DNA of 64,000 nucleotides from Gammaproteobacteria bacterium (GTDB taxonomy: Bacteria > Pseudomonadota > Gammaproteobacteria > HK1), in NCBI GenBank assembly GCA_965204915.1, contig OZ242023.1, positions 1,138,840-1,202,839 of the forward strand, given 5' to 3'. This document shows positions 19,916-30,497 of this stretch, piece after piece (positions within the stretch are counted from its first letter, which is position 1; each line of letters opens with the position of its first letter). Made by a program: the position numbers and the translations under genes. The notes under the pieces were generated by a model that was not told the DNA's origin, did no database searches, and saw only the letters and a list, made by a program, of their open reading frames with translations.

Positions 19916-22900
19916 ATGCAGGCTGACCGGACCCCGATCGATCTGCCGCTCGGTGGCGGCGGGACGACGTTCATCGAGGCGAGCGCGGGGACCGGGAAGA
20001 CCCGCGCGATCACCACCCTGGTGGCCCGCCTGGTGGTCGAGCAGGGTTGGCGCCTCGACCGGATCCTGGTCGTCACGTTCACCCGGGCGGCGACCGCGGA
20101 GCTTCGGGACCGGATCCGGCGGACCCTGGGCGGCGCCCTCGCCGCGGCAAGGGGGAGGGCCGCCCTGAGCGCGGCGGCCGGGGAGGTGATGCCCCGGAAG
20201 CCCGGACCGGGAGCCGCCGATCCTTTCCGGGGTCCTGACACCTCCGGTGCCGCCGGTGCGCAGCCGGAGTCGGCGATGCACGTTTCGGAGACGTCGAGGG
20301 AGTCAGAAGAGTCGGGGGAGCCGGAAGAGTCGGGGGAACCAGGAGGGTCGGGGAATCCGGGAGAATCGGGGAATCCGGGAAAGTCGGAGGATCCGGAACG
20401 GTCGCGGCATCCGCACGAACCGGAACATCCGGGAAGAAAGGGCGTCCCGCCCGCCCCGGTCATTCCCGCGAAAGCGGGAATCCGGACACCGGGGGAGCGG
20501 GAGACGGCGCAGGGAGATTCACAGGCGCAGGAGCTGGTCGCGGCATGGGAGCGGGGGGGCGGGGTCGATCTCGCCGACGCGGCCCGGCGTCTCGAAGCCG
20601 CCCTGCACGACATCGACCGGGCGGGGATCTGCACGATCCACGGGTTCTGCCAGCGGGCGCTCGCCGATCTCGCCTTCGAGAGCGGGTTTCCCTTCGGCTT
20701 CGAGGTGAGCGGCGGCGATGCGGGCATGGTCGCCGCGGCGGTCCGGGACTTCTGGCGTCGCCGGCTGTATCCGGCCTCGACCCTGCTGGTGCGCCATGCG
20801 GTCGAGAGCGGGTTCCTGCCGTGCGACGATCTGACCGAATGGACCTCGCGCCGGCGTGCCGGCGTCGCCGAGGTGCGGGGCGGCGAGCCGCTTGCGGAAC
20901 CCATCGAGGAGCAGGAGGCGGCATGGCGGGACGTGTTCGAGGCGGTCCGGGCCGAGTGGGAGCAGCACCGGGAGACGTTCCGAACCGAGATCCGGGATGG
21001 GCAGTGGCTGAACCGCAGTCGTTACCGGTCAAACCGGATCGAGGAGGATCTCGACGGGCTGGAGGTGCTGTTCGCCGCCGCCGAGCCGCGCCTCCCCCCG
21101 CCCGAGTTGATCGCCCGCTACGGCCGGACGCAGCTTTCCAAGTCCGTGAAGAAGCGCTTCGCCCTGCCCGAGCACCCGCTGTTCGACGCATTCGACCGCC
21201 TGGAGGAGGCGTCGGAGGCGTTGCGGTCGGCCTGTGACCAATGGCTCCGGTGGGCGCACCGGGACATGCTGGCCGACGTGCGCGAATCCGTCCGCCGCCG
21301 GGTGCGCGAGGATCGGCGCCTCGGCTACGACGACCTGCTGTCGGAGCTGGGGGACGCTCTTGCGGGACCGCACGGGGAGCGTCTTGCGGCCCGTATCCGC
21401 CACGAGTACCCGTGCGCCCTCATCGACGAGTTCCAGGACACCGATCCGGTGCAGGCCGCCATCTTCACGCGGGTGTACGGCGAAGGACGCCGCGGCGCGA
21501 AGCAGGAATCGGCCGACCCGGCGGTTGTCCGCGGCGAGCGCTACGGCGAAGACCACCGTGGCGCGGAGCAGGAATCGGCCGACCCGGCGGTCGCCCGCGA
21601 CGAGCGCTATGGCGAAGCCCATCGCGGCACGGAGCAGGACGCGGTCGACCCGGCGGTCGCCCGCGGCGAGCGTTACGGCGAAGCCCATCGCGGCACGGAG
21701 CAGGACGCGGCCGACCCGGCGGTCGCCCGCGACGAGTGCTACGGTGAAGCCCACCGTGGCGTGGAGCAGGACGCGGCCGACCCGGCGGTCGCGCGCGGCG
21801 AACGCTACGGCGAAGCCCGTCGTGGTGCGGAGCAGGAAGCGGCGGGCACGGATGACCTCTTCGTCGCAGGCCATCCGAAGACCGGACACTCGTCACAGCC
21901 AGCCTTCAGCGGCGCGGGCGGCTTCTTCGCGGTAGGCGATCCGAAGCAGTCCATCTACCGCTTTCGGGGGGCGGACGTCTACGCCTACTTGGCGGCCCGG
22001 CGCCCCGCCCGCGAGCGCCTTGCGCTCGGGCGGAACTGGCGCTCGGTGCCCGCCCTCGTCGAGGCGGTGAACGCGGTGTTCGCCGCCCCCGATGCGTTCG
22101 TGATCCCCGGGATCCCGTACCACCCGGTGGCCGCGGCCCGGCCCGGCGGCAATCCGCTGCGGATCGCCCCCGGCGGTGACGGAGACGACGCCCCGCTCGA
22201 ACTCCCCCCTGGGAGCGGCGCGTCCCTCCGGGACGCGGGCGTCCCGCCCGCAGGGGGTGCCGCGACCACCGGGCAAGGCCACATCTTCGATCCCGGAACC
22301 GCCGGCGACCCGCCCGCAACCGGCGGTGCCGTAGGCAACGCCCCCTTCGAATTCCGGCTCCTGCCGGACCCGGAGGAAGCCGGAAAGCATCACACGAAGG
22401 AGAGCGCGAGCCGGATCGCCGCGGAGGCGGCCGCGAACGAGATCGCGCACCTGCTGGCTCGGGCCGCGCACGGCGAGGCCACGATCGATAGAGAACCGCT
22501 CACCGGCGCGGACGTCGCGGTGCTGGTCCGCACCCGCGCCCAGGGCCGGCTGATCGCGGAAGCGTTGCGCGCGCGCAGGGTGCGCAGCGTCGAGATCGAC
22601 GACCGCAGCGTGTTCGAGACGGACGAGGCGGAGCAGGTCGAGCGCTTGCTGTGGGCGCTCGCAGAACCGGGGCGGGAGGCCAGGGTGCGCGGGGCGCTGG
22701 CCGGCGCCCTGTTCGGGCTCGACGCCGCCGCGCTGCACGCCCTGGGCGAGGACGAGGCGGCATGGAGCGGGTGGGCGGAGCGGGTCGCGGGCTGGCGCTC
22801 GGAGTGGGAGGCGCGCGGCATCGGCCCGGTCCTGCTGAAGCTGCTCGACGGGGAGGGCGGCGCGGAGCGCCTTCTCGCCCGGCCGGGCGGGGTGCGCAGG

Positions 22901-24886
22901 CTCACGAACTTCCGGCACCTCGCCGACCTCTTGCAGGAAGCGGAGACCGGGCGCCGGCTCGCGCCGGCGGAGCTCGCCGCCTGGCTGAGCCGCAGCCGGT
23001 CCGCCGCCATCGGGGGCAAGGCGGTGGACGAGAGCGCCCAGCTCCGGCTCGAGAGCGACGAGGCGCTGGTCAGGATCCTGACCGTGCACGCGGCCAAGGG
23101 CCTGGAGTTCCCCATCGTGTTCTGCCCCTTCGCCTGGGACGCCCCCGCCCGGAGGCGCGGCAACGAAGGGGACGTCGCCTACCACCTGGACGCGAAGGCG
23201 GGCTACCGGGAGGTCCTCGACCTCGACCCGGACGAGCGGGCCAGATCCATCGCGCGGGTCGAGGAGTTCGCGGAATCGGTGCGGCTCCTGTACGTCGCGC
23301 TCACACGGGCGAAGTACCGCTGCGTGGTCACGTGGGGACGGGTCGGCGGCGCCGAACATGCACCGCTCGCGTGGCTCCTCCACCGGGCCCGGCCCGGATC
23401 AGCTCCGGCGGCAGGGCCGGGCGGCGGTCCGGGGAGCATTCCCGGTGCGGAGAGGGCGGATGGCGGGCCGGAGGGCAGTCCCGGCGCGGAGGAGCCGGGT
23501 GATGGCTCGGAGGACGGCTTCGATACGGGGGAAGCGGACAGCGTTCCAGGGAGCGGCTTCGAGGCGGGGTGGCCGGAGGCGGCCGTCGCCGCGCTGAAGG
23601 CCGCCGCCGATCGGTTCAAGGCGTTGAGCGCTTCGGACTGGCGCGGCGAGGTCGAGGCGTTCGCGCGGCGTCTGCCGGATGCGGTCCGGGTCACCGTGCT
23701 CGATGCGGACCCGCCTCCGCTCCGCGCGCCGACGTTCCCCGAAGGCCCGCCCCCGGTGCTCACGGCGCGCGAGCCGGGCCGTCCCCTCCGGCGCATCCGG
23801 CAGTTGACCAGCTTCACCGCGCTCTCCGCCGAGGCGTTTGCCGTCGGCTCCGGCCGGCCGGCGGTCGAGGGTGGCGGCGCCGAGGTCGACCGGCCGGACC
23901 ACGACCAGCATGAGGCGCCGGCCGACGACACCGGGGAAGACACGGAGGCCGCGGACGGAGCGGGGCGCGGGCGCAGCGCGTTCACCTTCCCGCGGGGGCC
24001 GGTGGCGGGAAGCTGCCTGCACCGGATCTTCGAACGGCTGGACGAACCGCCGGGAATCGGTTCGAACGAGCCCGATCTCGACGCGATCTGCCGCGAAACC
24101 CTTGAAGACTTCGGGATCGGCGAGGAATGGAGTCCGGTGGCGCGCGCCATGGTCGAGCGCACCCGCGCGGTACGCCTTCACGAGCCGGGGCGGGAAGGCC
24201 CGGAGGAGGGCGACGGTTCGACGGGAAGTGCCGGTCCGGGGCAGCGCGCGGGGGCAAGGAGGGGCGCCGGCTCGAAGCAGGAGGCCGGTTCGAGCGAAGG
24301 AGTCGATTCAAGCGGAGCAGGCGGAGGCGGATCCGGCGGGGCGGGCGGCTTCCGCCTGGACGATCCGGCGACCCGCCGGCTCGTCGAGCTGGAGTTCCAC
24401 TTCCCGGTGGAAGGGCTCGACCGGGAACGCCTCGCCGCCCGGCTCGGCGAGCACGGCTACCCGCATCCCTTCGCACGGCCGTCGACGGACGGAGCGGGAG
24501 AATCCCAACCTCCGATCCACGGCTTCCTGCGGGGCTACGTCGATCTGGTGGTCGAGCACGCGGGGCGCTGGTACGTCCTCGACTACAAGTCGAACTGGCT
24601 CGGCCCGGCTCCCGCCGACTACGGGCCGGAGGCCCTCGCCGAAGCAATCCGCGCGGGCGGCTACCCGCTCCAATACCTCATCTACCTCGTCGCGCTGCAC
24701 CGCTATCTCGCGACCCGCCTCCCCGGATACGACTACGAGCGCCACGTCGGCGGGGCCTTCTACCTCTTCGTACGCGGCATCGACCCCGCCGCCGGCCTGC
24801 GCCGCGGCGTGTACTTCGACCGGCCACCGGCCGCGTGCCTGCACGCACTCGACGAATGCTTCAGAGGGATGGTTTCAGAGGGATGA
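19916..24886 (+). CDS. recB: Exodeoxyribonuclease V beta subunit RecB (1656 aa, enlarged by insertions)
   Basis: EASAGTGKT, VTFTRAAT, TIHGFC, LIDEFQDT, VGDPKQSIYRFRG, TVHAAKGLEF, YVALTRA; nuclease GYVDL and LDYKSN. Confidence 0.95.
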   Translation: MQADRTPIDLPLGGGGTTFIEASAGTGKTRAITTLVARLVVEQGWRLDRILVVTFTRAATAELRDRIRRTLGGALAAARGRAALSAAAGEVMPRKPGPGAADPFRGPDTSGAAGAQPESAMHVSETSRESEESGEPEESGEPGGSGNPGESGNPGKSEDPERSRHPHEPEHPGRKGVPPAPVIPAKAGIRTPGERETAQGDSQAQELVAAWERGGGVDLADAARRLEAALHDIDRAGICTIHGFCQRALADLAFESGFPFGFEVSGGDAGMVAAAVRDFWRRRLYPASTLLVRHAVESGFLPCDDLTEWTSRRRAGVAEVRGGEPLAEPIEEQEAAWRDVFEAVRAEWEQHRETFRTEIRDGQWLNRSRYRSNRIEEDLDGLEVLFAAAEPRLPPPELIARYGRTQLSKSVKKRFALPEHPLFDAFDRLEEASEALRSACDQWLRWAHRDMLADVRESVRRRVREDRRLGYDDLLSELGDALAGPHGERLAARIRHEYPCALIDEFQDTDPVQAAIFTRVYGEGRRGAKQESADPAVVRGERYGEDHRGAEQESADPAVARDERYGEAHRGTEQDAVDPAVARGERYGEAHRGTEQDAADPAVARDECYGEAHRGVEQDAADPAVARGERYGEARRGAEQEAAGTDDLFVAGHPKTGHSSQPAFSGAGGFFAVGDPKQSIYRFRGADVYAYLAARRPARERLALGRNWRSVPALVEAVNAVFAAPDAFVIPGIPYHPVAAARPGGNPLRIAPGGDGDDAPLELPPGSGASLRDAGVPPAGGAATTGQGHIFDPGTAGDPPATGGAVGNAPFEFRLLPDPEEAGKHHTKESASRIAAEAAANEIAHLLARAAHGEATIDREPLTGADVAVLVRTRAQGRLIAEALRARRVRSVEIDDRSVFETDEAEQVERLLWALAEPGREARVRGALAGALFGLDAAALHALGEDEAAWSGWAERVAGWRSEWEARGIGPVLLKLLDGEGGAERLLARPGGVRRLTNFRHLADLLQEAETGRRLAPAELAAWLSRSRSAAIGGKAVDESAQLRLESDEALVRILTVHAAKGLEFPIVFCPFAWDAPARRRGNEGDVAYHLDAKAGYREVLDLDPDERARSIARVEEFAESVRLLYVALTRAKYRCVVTWGRVGGAEHAPLAWLLHRARPGSAPAAGPGGGPGSIPGAERADGGPEGSPGAEEPGDGSEDGFDTGEADSVPGSGFEAGWPEAAVAALKAAADRFKALSASDWRGEVEAFARRLPDAVRVTVLDADPPPLRAPTFPEGPPPVLTAREPGRPLRRIRQLTSFTALSAEAFAVGSGRPAVEGGGAEVDRPDHDQHEAPADDTGEDTEAADGAGRGRSAFTFPRGPVAGSCLHRIFERLDEPPGIGSNEPDLDAICRETLEDFGIGEEWSPVARAMVERTRAVRLHEPGREGPEEGDGSTGSAGPGQRAGARRGAGSKQEAGSSEGVDSSGAGGGGSGGAGGFRLDDPATRRLVELEFHFPVEGLDRERLAARLGEHGYPHPFARPSTDGAGESQPPIHGFLRGYVDLVVEHAGRWYVLDYKSNWLGPAPADYGPEALAEAIRAGGYPLQYLIYLVALHRYLATRLPGYDYERHVGGAFYLFVRGIDPAAGLRRGVYFDRPPAACLHALDECFRGMVSEG
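21479..21845 (+). repeat. 66-bp (22-aa) in-frame tandem repeat, about 5.5 units, inside recB
   Basis: GEGRRGAKQESADPAVVRGERY / GEDHRGAEQESADPAVARDERY / GEAHRGTEQDAVDPAVARGERY and further units. Confidence 0.92.
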
Positions 24887-24923
24887 CCTGACCATGCCGG
24901 GCGGGCACCTGGTTCGTGGAAGC

Positions 24924-25928
24924 TCAACCGCGTAGCGACACCAACTGCCCGTACAGCGCCCTCGGAACGATCACGCCGTCCCGCTCGGCCTGTTCCCGCA
25001 GCGCGAACCGGCGCTGCCCCGGCAGGCGGGCGCCGGGCTGCTCCTCGATGGCGGCGAGGAGATCCTCCAGGCGGGCTCCGAACCGGCCCTCGGAGAAGGG
25101 GCCCGGATCGATGGCGAGGAGAAGCTGGCCCGCCCGCGGCGGTGCGCCCTCCGCCGTGAAGTAGGAGCTCGACTCGAAGCCGAAGCACGAGGCGGACAGC
25201 GCTCCGGCCAGGACCTCCACCATCAGCGCGAGCTGGGCGCCCTTGGCGTCGCCTATGGGCGCCATGGTGCCGGCCATGGCCTCCTTGGCGTCGGTGGTCG
25301 GATTGCCCGAGGCGTCGAACGCCCAGCCCGGCGGGATCGGCTCGTCCGCCTGCGCGGCCACGTTGATCCGCCCGCGCGCCACCTTGCTCAGGCTCATGTC
25401 GATGACCAGCGGCGGATGGTGGGCGCGGGGCGCGGCGAAGCCGATCGGGTTCGTGCCGAACAGCCCGCGGTGGCCGCCCCACGGCGCGATGGCCTGGGGT
25501 CCGTTGCAGAGGCTCATGGCGATGAAGCCGGCCCTCGCCAGCGGCTCGACGTGGTGGGCGGCGACCCCGGAGTGGTGCGAGTTGCGGATCGCCGCCGCCG
25601 CCACCGGGGAGGTCGCGAGGAGATCCCCGAGGGTCCGTTGCGCGAGCGCGATCGCCGGGTAGGCGAATCCGTCGCGGGCATCGACGACGGCGGCCGGGCC
25701 GTCGAGCCGGACCGCCTCCGGGGTGGCGTGCCCGTCCACCTTGCCGCTGCGCGCCTGCGCCGCGTAGGAGGGGACCCGGGATGCGCCGTGCCCCTTCTGC
25801 CCGTCGGCCTCCGCCCCGGCCAGTGCGTCCGCGACCCGCTCCGCGTTGCCGCGGGCGGTGTCGTGGGCGACCAGGATTTCGACGATGAGGGCGCGTAGCT
25901 CGTCGAGCTGAAGTCGTACGTCGGTCAT
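24924..25928 (-). CDS. Ldh2-family oxidoreductase (malate/L-lactate/sulfolactate or DpkA type)
   Basis: EADGQKGHG, NSHHSG, FGTNPIGFAAP, PLVIDMSLS, GDAKGAQLALMVEVLAGAL. Confidence 0.9.
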   Translation of the reverse strand: MTDVRLQLDELRALIVEILVAHDTARGNAERVADALAGAEADGQKGHGASRVPSYAAQARSGKVDGHATPEAVRLDGPAAVVDARDGFAYPAIALAQRTLGDLLATSPVAAAAIRNSHHSGVAAHHVEPLARAGFIAMSLCNGPQAIAPWGGHRGLFGTNPIGFAAPRAHHPPLVIDMSLSKVARGRINVAAQADEPIPPGWAFDASGNPTTDAKEAMAGTMAPIGDAKGAQLALMVEVLAGALSASCFGFESSSYFTAEGAPPRAGQLLLAIDPGPFSEGRFGARLEDLLAAIEEQPGARLPGQRRFALREQAERDGVIVPRALYGQLVSLRG

Positions 25929-26003
25929 GGATCGGTTCCGAATCGGCGGATCGGCCCGCGGGACGCGGCGCGGGGTGACGGTGGGAGGCGATGCGCGCGA
26001 CGT

Positions 26004-27332
26004 TCACGCCGTGGAAGGCTGCCCGACGACCGCACCGGTGCGGGGAAGCATCAGGACCGCCGCGAGGATCCCGCCCGCCGCGACCGCCATCACCACGAAG
26101 AGCATGCCGAAGCCCCGGCTCGCGTGGATCCCGGCGATGACCGGCAGGGTGGAAGCCATGACCGAGAAGGTCACGATGTAGCGGATGGAGTAGACGCGGC
26201 TGCGCCACCCGCTCCTGGTGATCCGGCCCACGAGCACGTCGTTGATCGGGATCTGCCCGAACACCACGAGCATGAAGGCGACCGCGACCATCAGGGCGGC
26301 AACCCCGGTGAGCTGGTACATGAGCGCGAAGAACACCGCCTGCAATCCCGCGACGAAGGCGAACACGGTGCGCACCGAGTGGTGGTCGACGAGGTACCCG
26401 ACCACGAGCTGCGCGAGGGCCGCGACCGCGAACACCAGGAAGGCGTAGCCGCCGACGGCGGTGGCGGACCCGGCGAGCTCGGTGAGCCGCTCGTCGAAGA
26501 TCTTCGGGAGCGCGAACGTGGTGCTCTGGAAGATCAGGCCGCCGACCGCGGTCGTGAACACGATGATCGAGAGCACGCGCACGAACGTCGCCCGCTCGAT
26601 GGCGGAGGCACCGGCCGCCGCCAGCTTTGCAGCCGGTGCCTGCTTCGCGGTCGTAGCGTTCCCCGTGGCCTCGGCCCGCCTCGTGGCCTCGGCCTGCCTT
26701 CCGGCCGCCGCCTGCTTTCCGGCCGTGCCGTGGTCGCCGCCGCCACCGGCGCCGCCCGCGGGATCGGCCGCCCGGCTCGTCCGCCCGGACCACAGGAACA
26801 GCGCGTAGGCCGCGCCGAGACCGATGGAGACGGCGCCGGGCAGGACGAAGGCGCTGCGCCAGCTCCCGGTGTCGATGAGCCAGCCGGTGAGCAGCGCGGC
26901 GGCGGCGACCCCCAGGTTGCCGAACACGCCGTTGACCGCGAGCGGGATGCCGGTCTTCTTCCGTCCGTGCACGACCATCGCGAGACCGACCGGATGGTAG
27001 ATCGCGGCGAACACCCCGATCGCGAACAGCCCCAACGCGATCTCGACGGGGGAGCCCGCCAGCGCCGTGGCGATCGAGCTCGCCCCGATGCCGATGAAGA
27101 AGATCACCATCATCCCTTCCCGGCTCCACTTGTCCGCGATCCATCCGGCCGGGATGGCGCAGATCCCGAACGCGACGAACCCCGGCGTGGCGTAGGGGAT
27201 GAGCGCCGCATAGCTCATTCCCCACTCCTCGGCAAGCCGCAACGCCGCCACCGTCGCGAAGATCAGCATGAAGAGATGGTCGAGGAAATGCCCGACGTTG
27301 AGGAACAGGAAGTTCAGGCGATCGCGTGTCAT
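26004..27332 (-). CDS. MFS transporter with a repetitive central-loop insertion
   Basis: FLNVGHFLDH, AGWIADKWSR (motif A), IYHPVG, 12-TM pattern. Confidence 0.88.
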   Translation of the reverse strand: MTRDRLNFLFLNVGHFLDHLFMLIFATVAALRLAEEWGMSYAALIPYATPGFVAFGICAIPAGWIADKWSREGMMVIFFIGIGASSIATALAGSPVEIALGLFAIGVFAAIYHPVGLAMVVHGRKKTGIPLAVNGVFGNLGVAAAALLTGWLIDTGSWRSAFVLPGAVSIGLGAAYALFLWSGRTSRAADPAGGAGGGGDHGTAGKQAAAGRQAEATRRAEATGNATTAKQAPAAKLAAAGASAIERATFVRVLSIIVFTTAVGGLIFQSTTFALPKIFDERLTELAGSATAVGGYAFLVFAVAALAQLVVGYLVDHHSVRTVFAFVAGLQAVFFALMYQLTGVAALMVAVAFMLVVFGQIPINDVLVGRITRSGWRSRVYSIRYIVTFSVMASTLPVIAGIHASRGFGMLFVVMAVAAGGILAAVLMLPRTGAVVGQPSTA

Positions 27333-27562
27333 CTCGGGCGAAGAGCTCCTGATCCGGTATGCGGCACCATCGAGTGCGCGGCGGCGGTTCCCGCCGGCGA
27401 ACGGCCCACGCGCCCCGTCCCGGCACGAGAAGCGTGCAGGCCGTCTTCTTGTGCTATCTTTCCCGCCACGTGGCAGATTCCTCCTTCCATCAACGGTCCG
27501 GAATGGCTGCGGAAGGGGCGGACGGCTCCGGAATCCATGCAGTCATCATCAAGGGGGTCCCG

Positions 27563-27808
27563 ATGACCGATCGAATGCGCGCCATGCTCCGCGGAGCGGG
27601 AAGTATCATGGATATCCATCCGGATCCAAGACGCTATGAACGTTTCATCTCGACCGCACCGGCCGAGGAGCGGATCGGAGACTACTGGAACCGCGTAGGG
27701 AAGCGTATCCGGGACGCAGCCGCAAGGGTTCATCATGAGCCGAAAACGTCGACCCGCTCCGAAGAAACCATCCCGCCCGCCGACGAAATCGAGGGGCGGG
27801 CCTCCTGA
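27563..27808 (+). CDS. Small hypothetical protein, partner upstream of DUF2335
   Basis: GAGSIMDI and DYWNRVG resemble small ORFs I associate with DUF2335; GGGGG before ATG; overlaps next gene. Confidence 0.45.
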   Translation: MTDRMRAMLRGAGSIMDIHPDPRRYERFISTAPAEERIGDYWNRVGKRIRDAAARVHHEPKTSTRSEETIPPADEIEGRAS

Positions 27809-28193
27809 CCAGTCCGGTCGAGTCATCACGCAGGTTCTTCACGAAGAGCGCCGTATTTCCGGGCCTCTGCCCACACCGGACATCCTGCTTGGGTACGACG
27901 ATGTGCTGCCGGGCGCCGCCGAGCGCATCATGCGCATGGCGGAGAAGGAGCAGGCCATGGTCGAGAGGGATCGGGCGAGTGCTCGGGAAGTTGAAGGGAT
28001 CGCGGTCCGGGCAGCCACCGCGGACAACAGGCGCGGGCAGATATTCGGCTTCCTGGTCGCGCTCGCGGCGTTTGGCACCGCAAGCTATCTCGGTTACCTG
28101 GGGCACGGGGCCGCTGCCGCAATCGTCGGCGGCGGGACGGTGGTGGCGCTGGTGACGGTCTTCGTCACGGGCCGGCGCCATCAAAGCCCTTGA
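27735..28193 (+). CDS. DUF2335 predicted membrane protein (often phage-associated)
   Basis: SGPLPTPDILLGYDDVLPGAAERIMRMAEKEQ followed by two TM helices. Confidence 0.8.
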   Translation: MSRKRRPAPKKPSRPPTKSRGGPPDQSGRVITQVLHEERRISGPLPTPDILLGYDDVLPGAAERIMRMAEKEQAMVERDRASAREVEGIAVRAATADNRRGQIFGFLVALAAFGTASYLGYLGHGAAAAIVGGGTVVALVTVFVTGRRHQSP

Positions 28194-28373
28194 TTCCCGT
28201 GGTGCGAACCGGTGGCGGTTTCGCCATGCACCGGCGCCATCGGAGAGACCGGCCCTCGCGGTCCGGGCCAACGCCGCGCAGTAGCGGCCTCATCCGCCAG
28301 CTCGAAACACGATGTCCGTGATCAGGCAGGCATCCGTAGATCCACGCCCGAGACCCGACCGGGGAGAGAACCC

Positions 28374-28766
28374 ATGAGCAACGACACCAAGGTGACGATC
28401 GCCCTGCTCGACACGATCCAGGATGCGTTCAACCGTCATGACGTGGACGCCATCCTGTCGTACTTCGCCGAGGACGGGGAGTGGCTGATGGCGCGGGGGC
28501 CGGACCCGTGGGAGGCGAGGCGGCTGCGCGGGAAGCAGGCCATCGGCGACGTGCTGCGCGCCCGCTATGCGGTCATTCCGGACATGCGGTGGGTGGACAT
28601 GCAGCACTTCATCGACGCGGGCGGCAGCCGGGCCTGCTCCGAGTGGACGGTGAAGGGCACGCCCAGGGAAGGCCCGCCCCTCGATTCCCTCGGCTGCGAC
28701 CTCTGGACCTTTCGCGACGGGCGGATCACGAAGAAGGATACGTACTGGAAGTTCATCGACGGCTGA
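28374..28766 (+). CDS. NTF2-like/SnoaL-like protein
   Basis: [44 protein letters not shown]. Confidence 0.88.
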   Translation: MSNDTKVTIALLDTIQDAFNRHDVDAILSYFAEDGEWLMARGPDPWEARRLRGKQAIGDVLRARYAVIPDMRWVDMQHFIDAGGSRACSEWTVKGTPREGPPLDSLGCDLWTFRDGRITKKDTYWKFIDG

Positions 28767-28819
28767 GTGAAGCGATGCCGGAGAGCGGGTGTCGGAAGAG
28801 GGGTGGAGCGAATGGCAGA

Positions 28820-30259
28820 ATGGCGATGAGACACGAAGAGCTCGCGGAGCTCGACGCAACCGGGTGCGCCGCACTGGTGCGGGCCGGCGAGCTGGCCCCG
28901 CTGGAGCTCGTCGATGCCGCGATCGAGCGGGCCGGGCAGGTCAACGGGACGCTCAACGCGATCGTGACCACGATGTACGAGCGGGCGCGCGAGACCGCCC
29001 GCTCCCATCCCGGCGCGGGCATCTTCGCCGGGGTGCCCTTCCTGATGAAGGATTTTCTCGCCGAGGTCGAAGGAGTGCGCTTCACCGAGGCGAGCGCGTT
29101 CCTGAGCGACCACGTCCCGGCCGAGGACAGCGAGCTGGTGCGCCGCTTCCGGGCGGCGGGACTGGTGTTCATCGGCAAGACGAACACCCCGGAGCTCGCG
29201 ATCGGACCGACCACCGAGCCGCGGCTCTTCGGCCCCACCCGCAACCCGTGGGATACGACACGAACGCCCGGAGGATCGAGCGGAGGCGCGGCGGCGGCGG
29301 TATCGGCGCGCGTGGTGCCGATGGCCCACGGCAACGACGCCGGAGGCTCGATCCGCATCCCCGCCTCGTGCTGCGGGCTGGTGGGCCTGAAGCCGAGCCG
29401 GGGGCGGGTCTCCCTCGCCCCCCACTACGGTGACCTGTTCTCCGGCTTGGTCTGCGAGCTCGGGGTGACCCGCAGCGTGCGCGACACCGCGGCGCTGCTC
29501 GACGCGGTCGCCGGACCCGCGGTCGGGGATCCGTACTTCCCCGCGCCGCCGGCGCGCTCGTATACCGGCGAGGTCGAGCGACCGCCGGGCACGCTGACGA
29601 TCGGCTTCTCCGCCGAAACCCCGTTCGGCGAGGCCGTCGATCCCGAGTGCGGGCGCGCGGTGCGCGACGCGGCGGCGCTGTGCGAATCGCTCGGCCACGT
29701 GGTCGAGGAAGCGCGCCCCGACTACGACGCCGAGACGCTGTGGACGCAGTTCACCACGATGCTCTCGGCCGGCGCGGCCTGGGCGATCGCCGACTGGGAG
29801 CGGCGCACCGGCCGAACCGCGGAGCCCGAACACTTCGAGCCCTTCGTGTGGGCGTTCGCCGAACGCGGACGGGCGCTCGGCGCGCACGCCTACCTGCTCG
29901 CGGTTCAGGACTTGCAGCGCGCGGTGCGTGATCTGTCCGCGTTCTTCAGCCGCTTCGACCTCTGGCTGACCCCGACCCTGGGGCAGCCGCCGGTGGAGCT
30001 CGGCACCCTCGTCTACCGCGGCGGCGATCCCTTCGAGCTGCGCAGGCGCTCCGCGCGGTTCTCGCCCTATACCTACGTGAGCAACGCCAGCGGCCAGCCC
30101 GCGATCTCCCTGCCGCTGCACTGGACGGCCTCGGGACTTCCGGTGGGGGTGCATTTCACGGCCCGCTGGGGCGAGGAGGCGACCCTCATCCGCCTGGCGG
30201 CCCAGCTCGAACGCGCCCGCCCGTGGGCGGAGCGGCGCCCCGGCGTCTGCGCCGGCTGA
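28820..30259 (+). CDS. Amidase signature family protein
   Basis: [47 protein letters not shown]. Confidence 0.95.
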   Translation: MAMRHEELAELDATGCAALVRAGELAPLELVDAAIERAGQVNGTLNAIVTTMYERARETARSHPGAGIFAGVPFLMKDFLAEVEGVRFTEASAFLSDHVPAEDSELVRRFRAAGLVFIGKTNTPELAIGPTTEPRLFGPTRNPWDTTRTPGGSSGGAAAAVSARVVPMAHGNDAGGSIRIPASCCGLVGLKPSRGRVSLAPHYGDLFSGLVCELGVTRSVRDTAALLDAVAGPAVGDPYFPAPPARSYTGEVERPPGTLTIGFSAETPFGEAVDPECGRAVRDAAALCESLGHVVEEARPDYDAETLWTQFTTMLSAGAAWAIADWERRTGRTAEPEHFEPFVWAFAERGRALGAHAYLLAVQDLQRAVRDLSAFFSRFDLWLTPTLGQPPVELGTLVYRGGDPFELRRRSARFSPYTYVSNASGQPAISLPLHWTASGLPVGVHFTARWGEEATLIRLAAQLERARPWAERRPGVCAG

Positions 30260-30497
30260 GCGGCGCACCTGTCGCATCGCCGGACGGACTTCGGGCCTCG
30301 GTGGGCGTGTGTTTCATGGTGGATTGCTGCAATACGGCTCTCCATCCATACGTATTGCATCAATGGCTCTGAACATTCGGAACCGGACCACTGAGGTGGA
30401 CCCGGTCGTCCGTAATCGGGCGGATTGTCGATGACCGGCGGTTCATCGGCCTGCGAACGGGCTCCGAAGCAGGCGCGACCGCGCTCGACCGGCGGCT

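Noticed and set aside
15981-24886. Chi (GCTGGTGG) enrichment
   Set aside because: Isolated matches occur (e.g. near 8732 and 18263) but are expected at this GC content; enrichment cannot be judged by eye and Chi is species-specific
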